From: a virus
Lineage: Duplodnaviria > Caudoviricetes
DNA: 64,000 nt
Virus record (IMG/VR): IMGVR_UViG_3300043436_004623
Location: 1-64,000 of that record
Reading direction: 5' to 3' (one strand)
Below are positions 1 to 9,318 of this stretch, piece by piece. A program made the translations under genes and the position numbers. Within the stretch, counting starts at the first letter, position 1. Every line of letters starts with the position of its first letter. The notes under the pieces are model-generated. The model was not told where the DNA came from. It did not search any database and worked only from the letters and a program-made list of their open reading frames with translations.

Positions 1-38
1 CGCTTTCCTTAAAGGATGGCTAGTAACAGGATAAATTT

Positions 39-218
39 ATGACAGCAGGATTCTATAAAAAACAAGAAGATGATCAAATACTATACGCCCCTAATTGGGT
101 AGAAGGTCCAGATATTTTTTTAGTAGCACAAAATAAAGATCAATATGACTATCCTGTTCATGGATGGTATTGGTTTGATAGTGAAGAAGAAGCTATGGAA
201 GTCTTGAATAAAAATTAA
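39..218 (+). CDS. Small 59-aa hypothetical protein (not in the ORF track), tail-fibre associated
   Basis: ATG at 39 to TAA at 216-218 translates as MTAGFYKKQEDDQILYAPNWVEGPDIFLVAQNKDQYDYPVHGWYWFDSEEEAMEVLNKN. A decayed homolog at 2524-2607 supports coding status. Confidence 0.8.
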   Translation: MTAGFYKKQEDDQILYAPNWVEGPDIFLVAQNKDQYDYPVHGWYWFDSEEEAMEVLNKN

Positions 219-238
219 AATAACTTATATTATTAATA

Positions 239-2470
239 ATGGCTAATAACTTTAGAGTACGTGATTTAATTGCTGATAATGTATATATATCAGAAAATAA
301 TGGAAATGTAGTAAATACATTTGGTGATCAATTAATTCTTGGAGATAAAATTTTTAGTGGATCTAATTTATTTACTGGAGACAGTGTTAGTATTGAAACA
401 ACTGGTTTAAATAATTTTGGATTAAACTCAAGTGAAAATAATTTTGGATCAAATTCTAGTGGAAATTATTTTGGATCAAATTCTAGTGGAAATTATTTTG
501 GATTAAGTGGCGATAATAAATATCATTCTGGTGAATTTATTGGTGACTTTGTTTTTGATTCAATACCCAAAATCAGTGGTTCAATTTTTGTAACAGATTT
601 TGTTACTACAACAAGAAATCAAACAATTTCTGGGCAAAAAACATTTACTTCGATACCACAAGTTAGTGGATTTAATTGCATAATTGATAATAGAAATTAT
701 ATTCCAAGTATAACTGGTTATAGCCAAGATATTAAAAATTTATTTTATAGTTTAAATCCATATAGTAAATCGGAATTTATTGTTAATAGTTTTAGCGAAT
801 CCGTTTTCTTTTCAACGGGAGACTTACAAATATTAACACCCACAATAAAAATTCATAATGTAGGAAGTAGTTCCTGGAGTGTTGTATATGGTGATTCTCC
901 ACCAAGTACTTTAATTAGCATTAAACCATTAACTAGTGCAAGCTTTTTTTTATGGAAACCTGCTACTAATACTCCATTACAAGTATATAATTATACTGAA
1001 ACAGAAATAAGATATGATCAATTAGGTGTCTTAAAAGCTAGTGAAGCCGTTAATGCTCTTTATGATCAAACAATAACTGGTATCAAAAACTTTAAAAGCC
1101 GTCCAACTGTTAATGGAACTGGAGTGATGTTAAATGGTGAAGCTGCACAGCTACCAACAACTTTAGTTTATACAACTGGAAATCAAGACATTTCTGGTAT
1201 TAAAAATTTCACATCACTACCAACAGTAAATAACACTGGTATTTATTTAAATTCTAATCCGTCAGGATTTATCACTACAAGTCAAACGGGAGCTTTTTAT
1301 CCAACAACCAATCCAAGCGGTTATGCCGCCACTGGTTATGTAACTGGGGTTAGCGGTAATCTTCAAACACAAATTTCTACGCTAAACAATGCGACAGGAA
1401 ATTATGTTTTAACTAGTCAAACAGGACAATTTTATCCAAATTCTAATCCATCTGGATATATCAGCTCTTTATTAACAAGTAGGACAATCTACGTTGACAC
1501 AAATGGAACAGATACAAGAGGATCGTTAAGCCAGTACAGTATTTCCGTGCCGTTTGCCACTATTGGCGCAGCTATGGCTGCATCAGTAAGCGGTGACACG
1601 GTCCGTGTTCGCGCTGGTAGTTATACAATCACTAGCACAATCAGCCTTAATGGCAAGGGCTACCTGCATTTTGAAGAGGGAGCCGTTGTTACGTGTAGCG
1701 TTACTGCTAGTGGTCCTGTATTTTATCTAAACGCAAACGAATCCAAATCAATTAGCGGAGGCGGTCAGTTTATCATAACAGGAAGCACAACCATATTTTG
1801 GTATCAAACTGGAGGCGGCTTGCAAACACAACTGTGCTCAGTTGAGTGCGCCACCATAAACACCACAACGTCACCACTGAATGCTGCGACAATTTTTGAT
1901 GTGTCGTCTGGAGTTCTAGTTGTAAATGCTGAAACTGTTTACGCGCTGGCATCAACCATAATTAGCTGCGCTGGTACAAGCAGCAACCTACACTACGCTG
2001 TAAAGTTTACCTATTGCTCGCGATTTGCATTTTTCCCAACTTCTGGATCACAGGCGCAGATGTCTTGCGACTGCTGGACAATCGCATGTTACGGCACTAA
2101 ATGTTTTCAGATTGTTGGTGGTACGGTTGGAGCGAAATACGAAACATTGCTAGATAACAGCAATAACTGCACGTTCTTCTCGTTGGAATATGGAAATGAT
2201 TCCATCGCAAATGCGTTGGTAATCAAAGGCGGTAGGGCCATGACGTATTCAACAAATCCGTGTATTAACTTCACCACAACAACGGGAACTAATAAGTTCG
2301 TTCGCCTTATTGGTGATCCATTCTTTTATACTAACGCGACTAATTCAATTTCAGCGGCAAGTGCAAGATCCGTATTGTGTTCATTTGCTAGTTCAAACAA
2401 AGCGGTTAATTCATCATTTGTCACAATTGTTGGTGGAACTTACGCCGTAAATGCTGGATTCATCTCTTAA
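239..2470 (+). CDS. Tail fibre / receptor-binding protein
   Basis: 743 aa. Carries NxFG repeats, QTISGQKTF / QTITGIKNFKSRPTVNGTGV fibre repeats shared with the fibres at 36177-42439, and YPxxNPSGY repeats. The C-terminal part looks like a beta-helix / pectin-lyase-type head (RTIYVDTNGTD...PFATIGAAMAASVSGDTVRVRAGSY). Confidence 0.8.
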   Translation: MANNFRVRDLIADNVYISENNGNVVNTFGDQLILGDKIFSGSNLFTGDSVSIETTGLNNFGLNSSENNFGSNSSGNYFGSNSSGNYFGLSGDNKYHSGEFIGDFVFDSIPKISGSIFVTDFVTTTRNQTISGQKTFTSIPQVSGFNCIIDNRNYIPSITGYSQDIKNLFYSLNPYSKSEFIVNSFSESVFFSTGDLQILTPTIKIHNVGSSSWSVVYGDSPPSTLISIKPLTSASFFLWKPATNTPLQVYNYTETEIRYDQLGVLKASEAVNALYDQTITGIKNFKSRPTVNGTGVMLNGEAAQLPTTLVYTTGNQDISGIKNFTSLPTVNNTGIYLNSNPSGFITTSQTGAFYPTTNPSGYAATGYVTGVSGNLQTQISTLNNATGNYVLTSQTGQFYPNSNPSGYISSLLTSRTIYVDTNGTDTRGSLSQYSISVPFATIGAAMAASVSGDTVRVRAGSYTITSTISLNGKGYLHFEEGAVVTCSVTASGPVFYLNANESKSISGGGQFIITGSTTIFWYQTGGGLQTQLCSVECATINTTTSPLNAATIFDVSSGVLVVNAETVYALASTIISCAGTSSNLHYAVKFTYCSRFAFFPTSGSQAQMSCDCWTIACYGTKCFQIVGGTVGAKYETLLDNSNNCTFFSLEYGNDSIANALVIKGGRAMTYSTNPCINFTTTTGTNKFVRLIGDPFFYTNATNSISAASARSVLCSFASSNKAVNSSFVTIVGGTYAVNAGFIS
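441..503 (+). repeat. Perfect 27-bp tandem repeat (2.3 copies) encoding FGSNSSGNY
   Basis: ATTTTGGATCAAATTCTAGTGGAAATT at 441-467 and 468-494, with a partial copy at 495-503; in frame within the fibre gene. Confidence 0.9.
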
Positions 2471-2523
2471 CACTACCAATAACCCTTGATTAAACCCCAA
2501 CCTTTATATAGACTCCTATTATA

Positions 2524-2607
2524 TTAGTATTACAAGATAAAGATTAATATAAATATCCAGTAGATAGATGGTATTGGTTTGATAGTGAAGAGGAGGCTCT
2601 TATTTAA
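2524..2607 (+). pseudogene. Decayed copy of the 59-aa ORF at 39-218
   Basis: Translates LVLQDKD*YKYPVDRWYWFDSEEEALI* against LVAQNKDQYDYPVHGWYWFDSEEEAME in the intact copy. CAA has become TAA at 2545-2547, and there is no intact 5' part. Confidence 0.8.
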
Positions 2608-2630
2608 AAGCTAGAAAAATAAGCTAACAA

Positions 2631-2669
2631 AAAACCCCAGTCTTTCGACTGGGGTTTTCTGTTTTTTTT
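2631..2669. terminator. Bidirectional rho-independent terminator
   Basis: Stem AAAACCCCAGTC, loop TTTC, stem GACTGGGGTTTT, flanked by A and T tracts; lies between convergent genes. Confidence 0.85.
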
Positions 2670-2679
2670 GTTATTTATA

Positions 2680-2895
2680 TTAGACTTGAACTGCTCCCAT
2701 GGAAAGTCCAGTCAAACTGCTCTTAGCAAGCTTACGATGACTATAACGATTTCTGTCATAGATGGTAACATAGCTTGGAGACTCAGAAACAAACTGAGCG
2801 TTGATGCTGTCACCAGTCTTAGTAGTAAGGCCGAAGAAACGACCGCGACTATTACGCATAGCCTTGACAATCTTGTTTTGATTAGTAGTACTCAT
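2680..2895 (-). CDS. Hypothetical 71-aa basic protein
   Basis: Track ORF 2680-2916; the start is moved to the ATG at 2895 (MSTTNQNK), which lies just downstream of a consensus sigma70 promoter. Confidence 0.7.
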   Translation of the reverse strand: MSTTNQNKIVKAMRNSRGRFFGLTTKTGDSINAQFVSESPSYVTIYDRNRYSHRKLAKSSLTGLSMGAVQV

Positions 2896-2906
2896 ATTGT
2901 GAAATA

Positions 2907-2935
2907 ATCTTACCATATCTTAATTGATTTGTCAA
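2907..2935 (-). promoter_or_regulatory. sigma70-type promoter
   Basis: TTGACA (2935-2930), 17-nt spacer, then TG-n-TAAGAT (2912-2907); 11 nt to the ATG at 2895. Confidence 0.7.
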
Positions 2936-5309
2936 TAATTTTTGCAGAAATTTTCTTTAAATCTGAATTTTTAATCATTAAATCTGCAATTGGGACTTCA
3001 ATTTCTGACCGAATAATTGAATTTAAAGACCTAGCATTAAAGTCATCACCAATCTTACTCGTAATAAATTGAATCAAATCTTTAGAGATGGTCAATTTAA
3101 TGTTTCTAGAGTTTAAATTATTTTTAATTTGTTGAATTCTGTCATTTACAATACCAATAAACTGTTCAGATTTAAGGGCATTAAAAACTATAATCTCGTC
3201 AATTCTTGCGACAAGTTCTGGTTTTAGTTGTTTTTTTACAGAGTTTTTATAAGAATCTTGGTGGCTGATTTCTTCTTGAATAAAGCCCATTGATTTTGAT
3301 TCAAAGTCTTTAACGCCAATGTTACTAGTGAGGACAATAATAGAACTAGTAAAGTCAATTTTACGATTAAGATTGTCATTAATACAACCTTCATCAAGAA
3401 TCTGAAGTAACAAATCCAAGATGCTTCTATCACATTTCTCAGCCTCATCGAATAAAATAACACTATTTGGATTATGACGAACAAATTCAGTTAAAAGACC
3501 ACCTTCTTCAAACCCAACATAGCCAGCACTTGTGCCAATAAGTTTTGATATTGAGTTTTTTTCCTGATATTCGCTCATGTTAATTTGCAGAATACTAGAT
3601 TCATTGCCAAAGAATTCTTTTGCGATATTTTTTGCTGCAAATGTTTTGCCGACACTTGTTGGCCCGACAAAAAAGAAACTAGCAATTGGCCTATTTGGTT
3701 TACTAAATCCAGCTTTAGCGCAAGCTAAGGTGTTATAAATTTTATCAATATTTTCTGATTGACCAAATATTTTTGATTTTAAGTTATCTTTAAATAAAGC
3801 AAACGTATTATTCGCTGATTCTTTAATTGTATCAACATTGACATTGCTTTTATTTGCAATCACTTCATAAACATCGTTTTCAGTTATTTTAAATTTTGTT
3901 TTTGCAATTTTATACATCCAATTTTGCATAATTGTAGTATATTCATCCATTAACAAAGCGCATCTAATTTGATTCTCTTGTGAGAAATCCTCCTCCTCTG
4001 AATCAAGAAATAATTTAAGTTTATCTTCAACTTTTAATGCTTTTAGGGGGCGTTTAATTTTTTTAATTTTAACTTTTGAGCATGTTTGATCAATGATATC
4101 AAAGGCTTTATCTGGAAATCTTTTATTCGGTAGATATTTGCCACATAGATCAATAGTTAAACTAATCAATTCGTCAGAGTATTCAACATTATGATATGAC
4201 TCAAATGAACTAATTGATGCCTTGACCATCTCAAAAACTTGAGATTTATTTGGTTCGTTAACTTTAACAATATCAAATCGTCTTGACAAAGCCCCATCTT
4301 TTTCAAAAAACTTTTTATATTCAGAATAAGTGGTTGCACCAATGCAGCGGATATCTCCACGCGCTAATGCTGGTTTAAGCATATTAGCAACATCCATTGA
4401 CCCCTCTGAACTACCAGCACCAATCATTACATGAATTTCATCAATAAAAATGATCACATCCTTTAATTCCCTAACTTCTTCTAGGAAATTACTAAATCTT
4501 TCTTCAAATTGCCCTCTATATTTTGTACCAGCAATCATTAAACCAAGATCTAATGAATAAATCTTTTTATTGGCAAGGATTTCAGAGCATTCATTATTGT
4601 TAATTTTTTGAGCTAATCCTTCGACAATGGCTGTTTTGCCAGTACCAGGCTCACCCAAAAGAAGACAGTTGCTTTTAGTTTTGCGACAAATAATTTCAGT
4701 TAATGTTTCAATTTCCTTATCTCTTCCAGAGATCTGTTGATAATCCTCTCTTTTAACTAAATCATTTAAAAGAACGCAATAAGCATCAATAGCTTTCGCT
4801 TTTGGTTTTTTTTCTTGAACTTCTTTATTAGTGGTTACTGGTTCAGCGTCTTTACCAATAATAAATTCATGAATGATTTCTTTTAGATGTTCATAATCGA
4901 TATCATTTTTTAACAAAAACTCTAAAAACTTTTCATTACATTCTAAAACTCCAAATAAAAGATGCTCAATACCAACGTAAAAATTTTCATGATCGTCTGC
5001 AAATTGTTTTGCTTTTTTAACAGCTGTTTGAATATTGGTATCCCAAATATCATTATGAGAACTAGAGGTGAATAATAAAGAATGTTTTTTAGAAAACTTT
5101 AAAATAATTTCAGACAACTTCTCTAACTCTAATTCAACACCCATTGCCCCAGCAAAATTAATAAAAGAAGAGTTTATATTCTTCCAACAACCATATAAAA
5201 CATGGCAATTATTAATTAAAGAATGGCTATTACGATTTGCAAATTCCTTAGCATCTTTAAGAGCTAATTTAGCTTTTGGTGTCAAGTTAAAACTGTCGAT
5301 TTCCATCAT
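2910..5309 (-). CDS. clpC: ClpA/ClpC-family AAA+ chaperone/unfoldase
   Basis: 799 aa. Double Clp-N repeat; Walker A motifs GEPGTGKT and GPTSVGKT; Walker B motifs IFIDEIH and LFDEAEK; pore loops KYRGQFE and GYVG; MGF loop. Confidence 0.9.
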   Translation of the reverse strand: MMEIDSFNLTPKAKLALKDAKEFANRNSHSLINNCHVLYGCWKNINSSFINFAGAMGVELELEKLSEIILKFSKKHSLLFTSSSHNDIWDTNIQTAVKKAKQFADDHENFYVGIEHLLFGVLECNEKFLEFLLKNDIDYEHLKEIIHEFIIGKDAEPVTTNKEVQEKKPKAKAIDAYCVLLNDLVKREDYQQISGRDKEIETLTEIICRKTKSNCLLLGEPGTGKTAIVEGLAQKINNNECSEILANKKIYSLDLGLMIAGTKYRGQFEERFSNFLEEVRELKDVIIFIDEIHVMIGAGSSEGSMDVANMLKPALARGDIRCIGATTYSEYKKFFEKDGALSRRFDIVKVNEPNKSQVFEMVKASISSFESYHNVEYSDELISLTIDLCGKYLPNKRFPDKAFDIIDQTCSKVKIKKIKRPLKALKVEDKLKLFLDSEEEDFSQENQIRCALLMDEYTTIMQNWMYKIAKTKFKITENDVYEVIANKSNVNVDTIKESANNTFALFKDNLKSKIFGQSENIDKIYNTLACAKAGFSKPNRPIASFFFVGPTSVGKTFAAKNIAKEFFGNESSILQINMSEYQEKNSISKLIGTSAGYVGFEEGGLLTEFVRHNPNSVILFDEAEKCDRSILDLLLQILDEGCINDNLNRKIDFTSSIIVLTSNIGVKDFESKSMGFIQEEISHQDSYKNSVKKQLKPELVARIDEIIVFNALKSEQFIGIVNDRIQQIKNNLNSRNIKLTISKDLIQFITSKIGDDFNARSLNSIIRSEIEVPIADLMIKNSDLKKISAKIIDKSIKIW

Positions 5310-5315
5310 ATATTT

Positions 5316-5321
5316 TTACAC
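5316..5321 (-). promoter_or_regulatory. GTGTAA motif (putative phage-sigma promoter element)
   Basis: GTGTAA 6 nt upstream of the clp ATG; the same motif recurs upstream of at least 9 starts in this window. Confidence 0.5.
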
Positions 5322-5327
5322 AATTAG

Positions 5328-7886
5328 TTATTTAATTTCTGAAAGCTTCATGTAAATCTTTTCCTCAAGTAAAGAAAGTTTTTCGGCAAAAACAATGTCT
5401 CTATTTTTCTTCCCAGAGATGATTACAATTGAATCCTTCTTAGGCAAGACCTTACCAGAGTTAAGATAATTTGTCAATCTACCTTCTCGTTCTGAATCCA
5501 TTAATAGGACGGTTAACTTACCAAGATCATCAAAAATATCCATTCTAGCATACTTGTTACCATTAGCGCTAGTTCTAGTCATGATATCAGAAACTGTACC
5601 AACAAATCTAACTGTTTGATTCTCTTCAAGACTTGATACTTCATTAGACGAAATCAAACTTCCTTCGATCTCACTTTTAAATACCTCTCTGACGTTATGA
5701 GAATAGCTATAACCCAATAACTTAGTTTCAAAAAACCAATTAGCAAACTTTAGATGTTTATGATTTTTTTCATAAATTTCTTTGTATGGTTGATACTTTG
5801 TTTTAAATGTGTTAAATCTCTTTTCAGAGAGTATTCTTTTGTTGTCATCGCCCATTAACTGTTCTTTTGAGCAATCAGCAATTGTTTTTAATACATCAAA
5901 ATTATATTTCTCCCCCAAAGCTACAATATTACGCTTTTCTCTATCAGTTAAAATATTAAATGTTTGAGCCTCTAGCACCAATCTACAACGATCTTTAGAT
6001 ACAAACGAGTCAAGAACTCCAGCTTGTATCAATGCTGATAGAACACCAATGTTTAAACTCACTTGTTTAGCCGCAAGAAATACTTCATATTTGTTAGAGA
6101 AACTCTGCTCTCTAAACTCAAGCAATGATTCAAGAACTTTTGTAGAAACTCCTTTGATTGAATTAAGACCATATCTAATATTTTCTTCTTCAATTTTAAA
6201 ATCGATATCTGACTTGGCTAGATCTGGTGGTAAAAGTTGAATATTAAAATATGGCAACTCTTGAACTATTTTGTTAATTTCCTCATGTGGATTTGGTTCA
6301 AACTGAGCATATTTCAATAAGCTCAAAAAGAATTGTTGTGGGTAATTAAATTTAAGATAAATAGTAATTGCCGCTAGATAAGCATAAGAAATACTATGAG
6401 ACTTGTTGAAGGAATAATTAGCTGAGTCTTCAGCTACTTTCCAAAGAACATCTCCAACTGCAGAATCAAGATTGTTTTCTTTAATCTTATCTTCAATCTT
6501 TTGCTTCCATGCCCCCATCTGATCTACCTTCTTCTTACCGACGATACGCCTTAGTTGTTCAGACTCATCAAGACTAAACCCAACCTTTACAGCCATTTTC
6601 ATCAACTGCTCTTGATAGAGTGGAATGCCGCCAGTATAACTCAATACATCATCAAAGAAAGGGTGTACGGATTGGAACTGACCATTTCTAGCATAATCTG
6701 CATACCTATCCATGAAGTCTAAAGCCCCAGGTCTTGCGATGGCGACAACGGCAGACAACTGCTCAAGGTTTTTGGGAGATATTTTTTGACATACTCTAAA
6801 GTTGGTATCAGCTTCAATTTGGAACAGTCCCTGTGGAGCTTGTAGCGTTTGGAGTGCGGCATAAATTGATTCATGATCACAATCAATATCGTTTACTTTA
6901 ATTCCAAGACGAGAGCAAACATCATGAATAACAGAAAGAGTGCGTAGTCCAAGAATATCAAACTTAACTGTCAATTCTGCCACGTTGTTCATATCGTAAC
7001 CAGAAACTATAGCATCTTCACCAGTATTTTGAACTGGCATGATTTCGTCTAGTTCATAAAAACTAATTGCAATTCCAGAAGGGTGAACACCAGTATTTTT
7101 AGCCAAACCTTCAATTTTTTTAGCAATGCGATAGATTTTTTTATTTTTATTAGCAAATGCTTTAAAGCCCTCGTTTTCTGAATAGGCTTGCTCAAGTTTA
7201 AAAACTTTACCGAATTTTTTGGGGATCATATCGCTAATTTCGTTAACGGATGACTCAGACATCTCACCAACAATTTTGCCACATTCCTTAATGCAAAGTT
7301 TACTACTAAGAGTATTTAGGGTGAGAATTTTTGAAGTTCTGCCTTGATACTTGCGGTTAATATAATCGATAACTTCTTGGCGGCGATCATAACTAATATC
7401 ATTATCAACATCAGCTAAAAGAGAGCCATCAAGAAACGTTTCGCCGTTGTGTTCAATTTTTCTAGCACGACTTTTGGAAACAAATCTTTCAAAGAACAAA
7501 TCGTACTTAATTGGATCAATGTTTGTTACTCCGACAACATATAATACCAAAGACCCTGCGGCAGAACCACGTCCAGCACCAGTTGGGATACCTGTTTCAT
7601 GACAAAAATTTAAAATATCCCAATTCAATAAAATATAATCAATAAATCCAAGATCATTGAGAACAGAAAGCTCCATTGATAGTCTATCATAGTAGACTTG
7701 CTTGTTTGAGAACTGATCAATTCCCCTTTCTTGAACACCTTTAAAACAAAGCTTTCTTAAAAAGTTAAAATTACTTGTATCTGGAGAGCATCCTAGAATA
7801 TCATAGTGTTTTTTTTCAATATGAATTTTTGGAAGTTTAACTCCAACTGGGCATGGTGTTTTATAAGGTTCGATTAAATTATTCAT
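5328..7886 (-). CDS. dnaE: DNA polymerase III alpha (DnaE) catalytic core lacking the PHP domain
   Basis: Motifs GRGSAAGSLV, ADVDND (catalytic DxD), GVHPSG, KFDILGLRTL, LYQEQLM, YSFNKSHS, plus a C-terminal OB fold. Confidence 0.92.
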   Translation of the reverse strand: MNNLIEPYKTPCPVGVKLPKIHIEKKHYDILGCSPDTSNFNFLRKLCFKGVQERGIDQFSNKQVYYDRLSMELSVLNDLGFIDYILLNWDILNFCHETGIPTGAGRGSAAGSLVLYVVGVTNIDPIKYDLFFERFVSKSRARKIEHNGETFLDGSLLADVDNDISYDRRQEVIDYINRKYQGRTSKILTLNTLSSKLCIKECGKIVGEMSESSVNEISDMIPKKFGKVFKLEQAYSENEGFKAFANKNKKIYRIAKKIEGLAKNTGVHPSGIAISFYELDEIMPVQNTGEDAIVSGYDMNNVAELTVKFDILGLRTLSVIHDVCSRLGIKVNDIDCDHESIYAALQTLQAPQGLFQIEADTNFRVCQKISPKNLEQLSAVVAIARPGALDFMDRYADYARNGQFQSVHPFFDDVLSYTGGIPLYQEQLMKMAVKVGFSLDESEQLRRIVGKKKVDQMGAWKQKIEDKIKENNLDSAVGDVLWKVAEDSANYSFNKSHSISYAYLAAITIYLKFNYPQQFFLSLLKYAQFEPNPHEEINKIVQELPYFNIQLLPPDLAKSDIDFKIEEENIRYGLNSIKGVSTKVLESLLEFREQSFSNKYEVFLAAKQVSLNIGVLSALIQAGVLDSFVSKDRCRLVLEAQTFNILTDREKRNIVALGEKYNFDVLKTIADCSKEQLMGDDNKRILSEKRFNTFKTKYQPYKEIYEKNHKHLKFANWFFETKLLGYSYSHNVREVFKSEIEGSLISSNEVSSLEENQTVRFVGTVSDIMTRTSANGNKYARMDIFDDLGKLTVLLMDSEREGRLTNYLNSGKVLPKKDSIVIISGKKNRDIVFAEKLSLLEEKIYMKLSEIK

Positions 7887-8515
7887 ATCTCAATATCGTA
7901 AATTTGTTTTTGGAAGATTTGAAAATTCATTTCAATATCATAGAGGGCATCATGTAACTTTTTAGGATCGTGAGGAATATTATAATGTTTTAATAAAGTT
8001 CCTTGTGATGTTTTAAGACCCTTCTCCTTATGGTTTAAAAGTTTATATTGCCAGGAAACTGGATTTTGATCATCATGAAGAATGTTCTTAAAGATTGCTG
8101 TGGCTAAAGATTTTGTATCAATTATCCTATCAACATAGGAGTAATCGCTTTCTAAGCCTATCAACTTTCTCCAAATATTAATCATATAAACATCAAAACC
8201 AAGAAGATTCTGCCCAATGATTAAATACTCTGGATCATAAAGATATTTAGAGAACTCGCTCCAAATCTTTTTGGGATCTTCCGCACGATCTTCATAAATT
8301 CTTTCTGAGAATCCTGTTATTCTAGCAGCACCTTCAGATACCTGTAAGTTACCCCATTTGATAAATCTATCATTTTTTGATTTAATATTTTTACCTTCAG
8401 CAGTAATCCAAGCAACCTGCCAAGGTCTTGAATTGATAAGATTGAGGGATTCTGTTTCTGTGTCAAAAATAAGATATTTTTGAGTTTTTCGAAATCTTAA
8501 AAGCTGCTCTTTCAT
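7883..8515 (-). CDS. DEDDh 3'-5' exonuclease (DnaQ/epsilon-like)
   Basis: Motifs IFDTETESL, GQNLLGFD and LHDALYD; its stop overlaps the dnaE start (ATGA). Confidence 0.88.
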   Translation of the reverse strand: MKEQLLRFRKTQKYLIFDTETESLNLINSRPWQVAWITAEGKNIKSKNDRFIKWGNLQVSEGAARITGFSERIYEDRAEDPKKIWSEFSKYLYDPEYLIIGQNLLGFDVYMINIWRKLIGLESDYSYVDRIIDTKSLATAIFKNILHDDQNPVSWQYKLLNHKEKGLKTSQGTLLKHYNIPHDPKKLHDALYDIEMNFQIFQKQIYDIEI

Positions 8516-9297
8516 ATTTTTATTTTTTCTCTTTTTCTTACTAAAAAATCTTGGCTGCCTTCTTTATATATGCTATTTAAGAAAGACTCAAGTCTTTTTT
8601 CATTAATGAATAAATTAGAGTAATAAGTAAAACTAGTTCTTTTATCTTTTTTTGGCTCAGATAAAAATAAATTAAAATTAGAAAAATAATTTTTTAAAAA
8701 AAATAGAAAAGATTCATTGCCAACTATGCTAAAAACAATACCAGTTTTTCGAATATGAAAACTGCCATCACCATCTATATATCCTAAAATTGCGGATTTT
8801 AAATATTCATTTGGAATTTTATTAAAAACCGTTTCATCGATTAAGTGAGTTTTATTTTCAACAAGACCAATTTTTTTTAAATCTTGTACAATTTTTTTTC
8901 TACTAATAATCAATTTTATAGTATTTTCTCTATCTTTATATAATGGTCCGTTATAAGATAATCTTTCACAAAAACGAATAAGGTGATCACTATCTTTTTG
9001 ATGAAGACCTATTTGTAATTTATTATTATAAATATTACCATCAGCACAAATAAATCCAAACCAATAAGCTTTTTCATGAGAATCAATCTTTTCAAAAAAG
9101 CATTCATTGCAAAAGTATTTATTATTATTATACTCTACTCTTGATCTGCCACCACTTCCTCTAGTTTTTAAAAGTTTTATAATAGTGCTTTTTGAACTTC
9201 CATATTTTTCAATACATTTTTTAATTGTAAATTTATTTTCATAATAATCTTTTAATAAGTTTTTTATTTCATATTCTTGAAGAATTTTATATTTCAT
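8512..9297 (-). mobile_element. Free-standing LAGLIDADG homing endonuclease
   Basis: Two LAGLIDADG-like motifs, YWFGFICADG and ILGYIDGDG, plus an N-terminal HTH-like segment. Confidence 0.85.
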
Positions 9298-9318
9298 AAA
9301 AATTATTACATTTAGAAA

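Noticed and set aside
441-503. Possible CRISPR mini-array
   Set aside because: The repeats are directly adjacent with no spacers and lie in frame in a coding gene. The Cas4-like nuclease at 10110 has no array or other cas genes and is a common phage replication-block gene.
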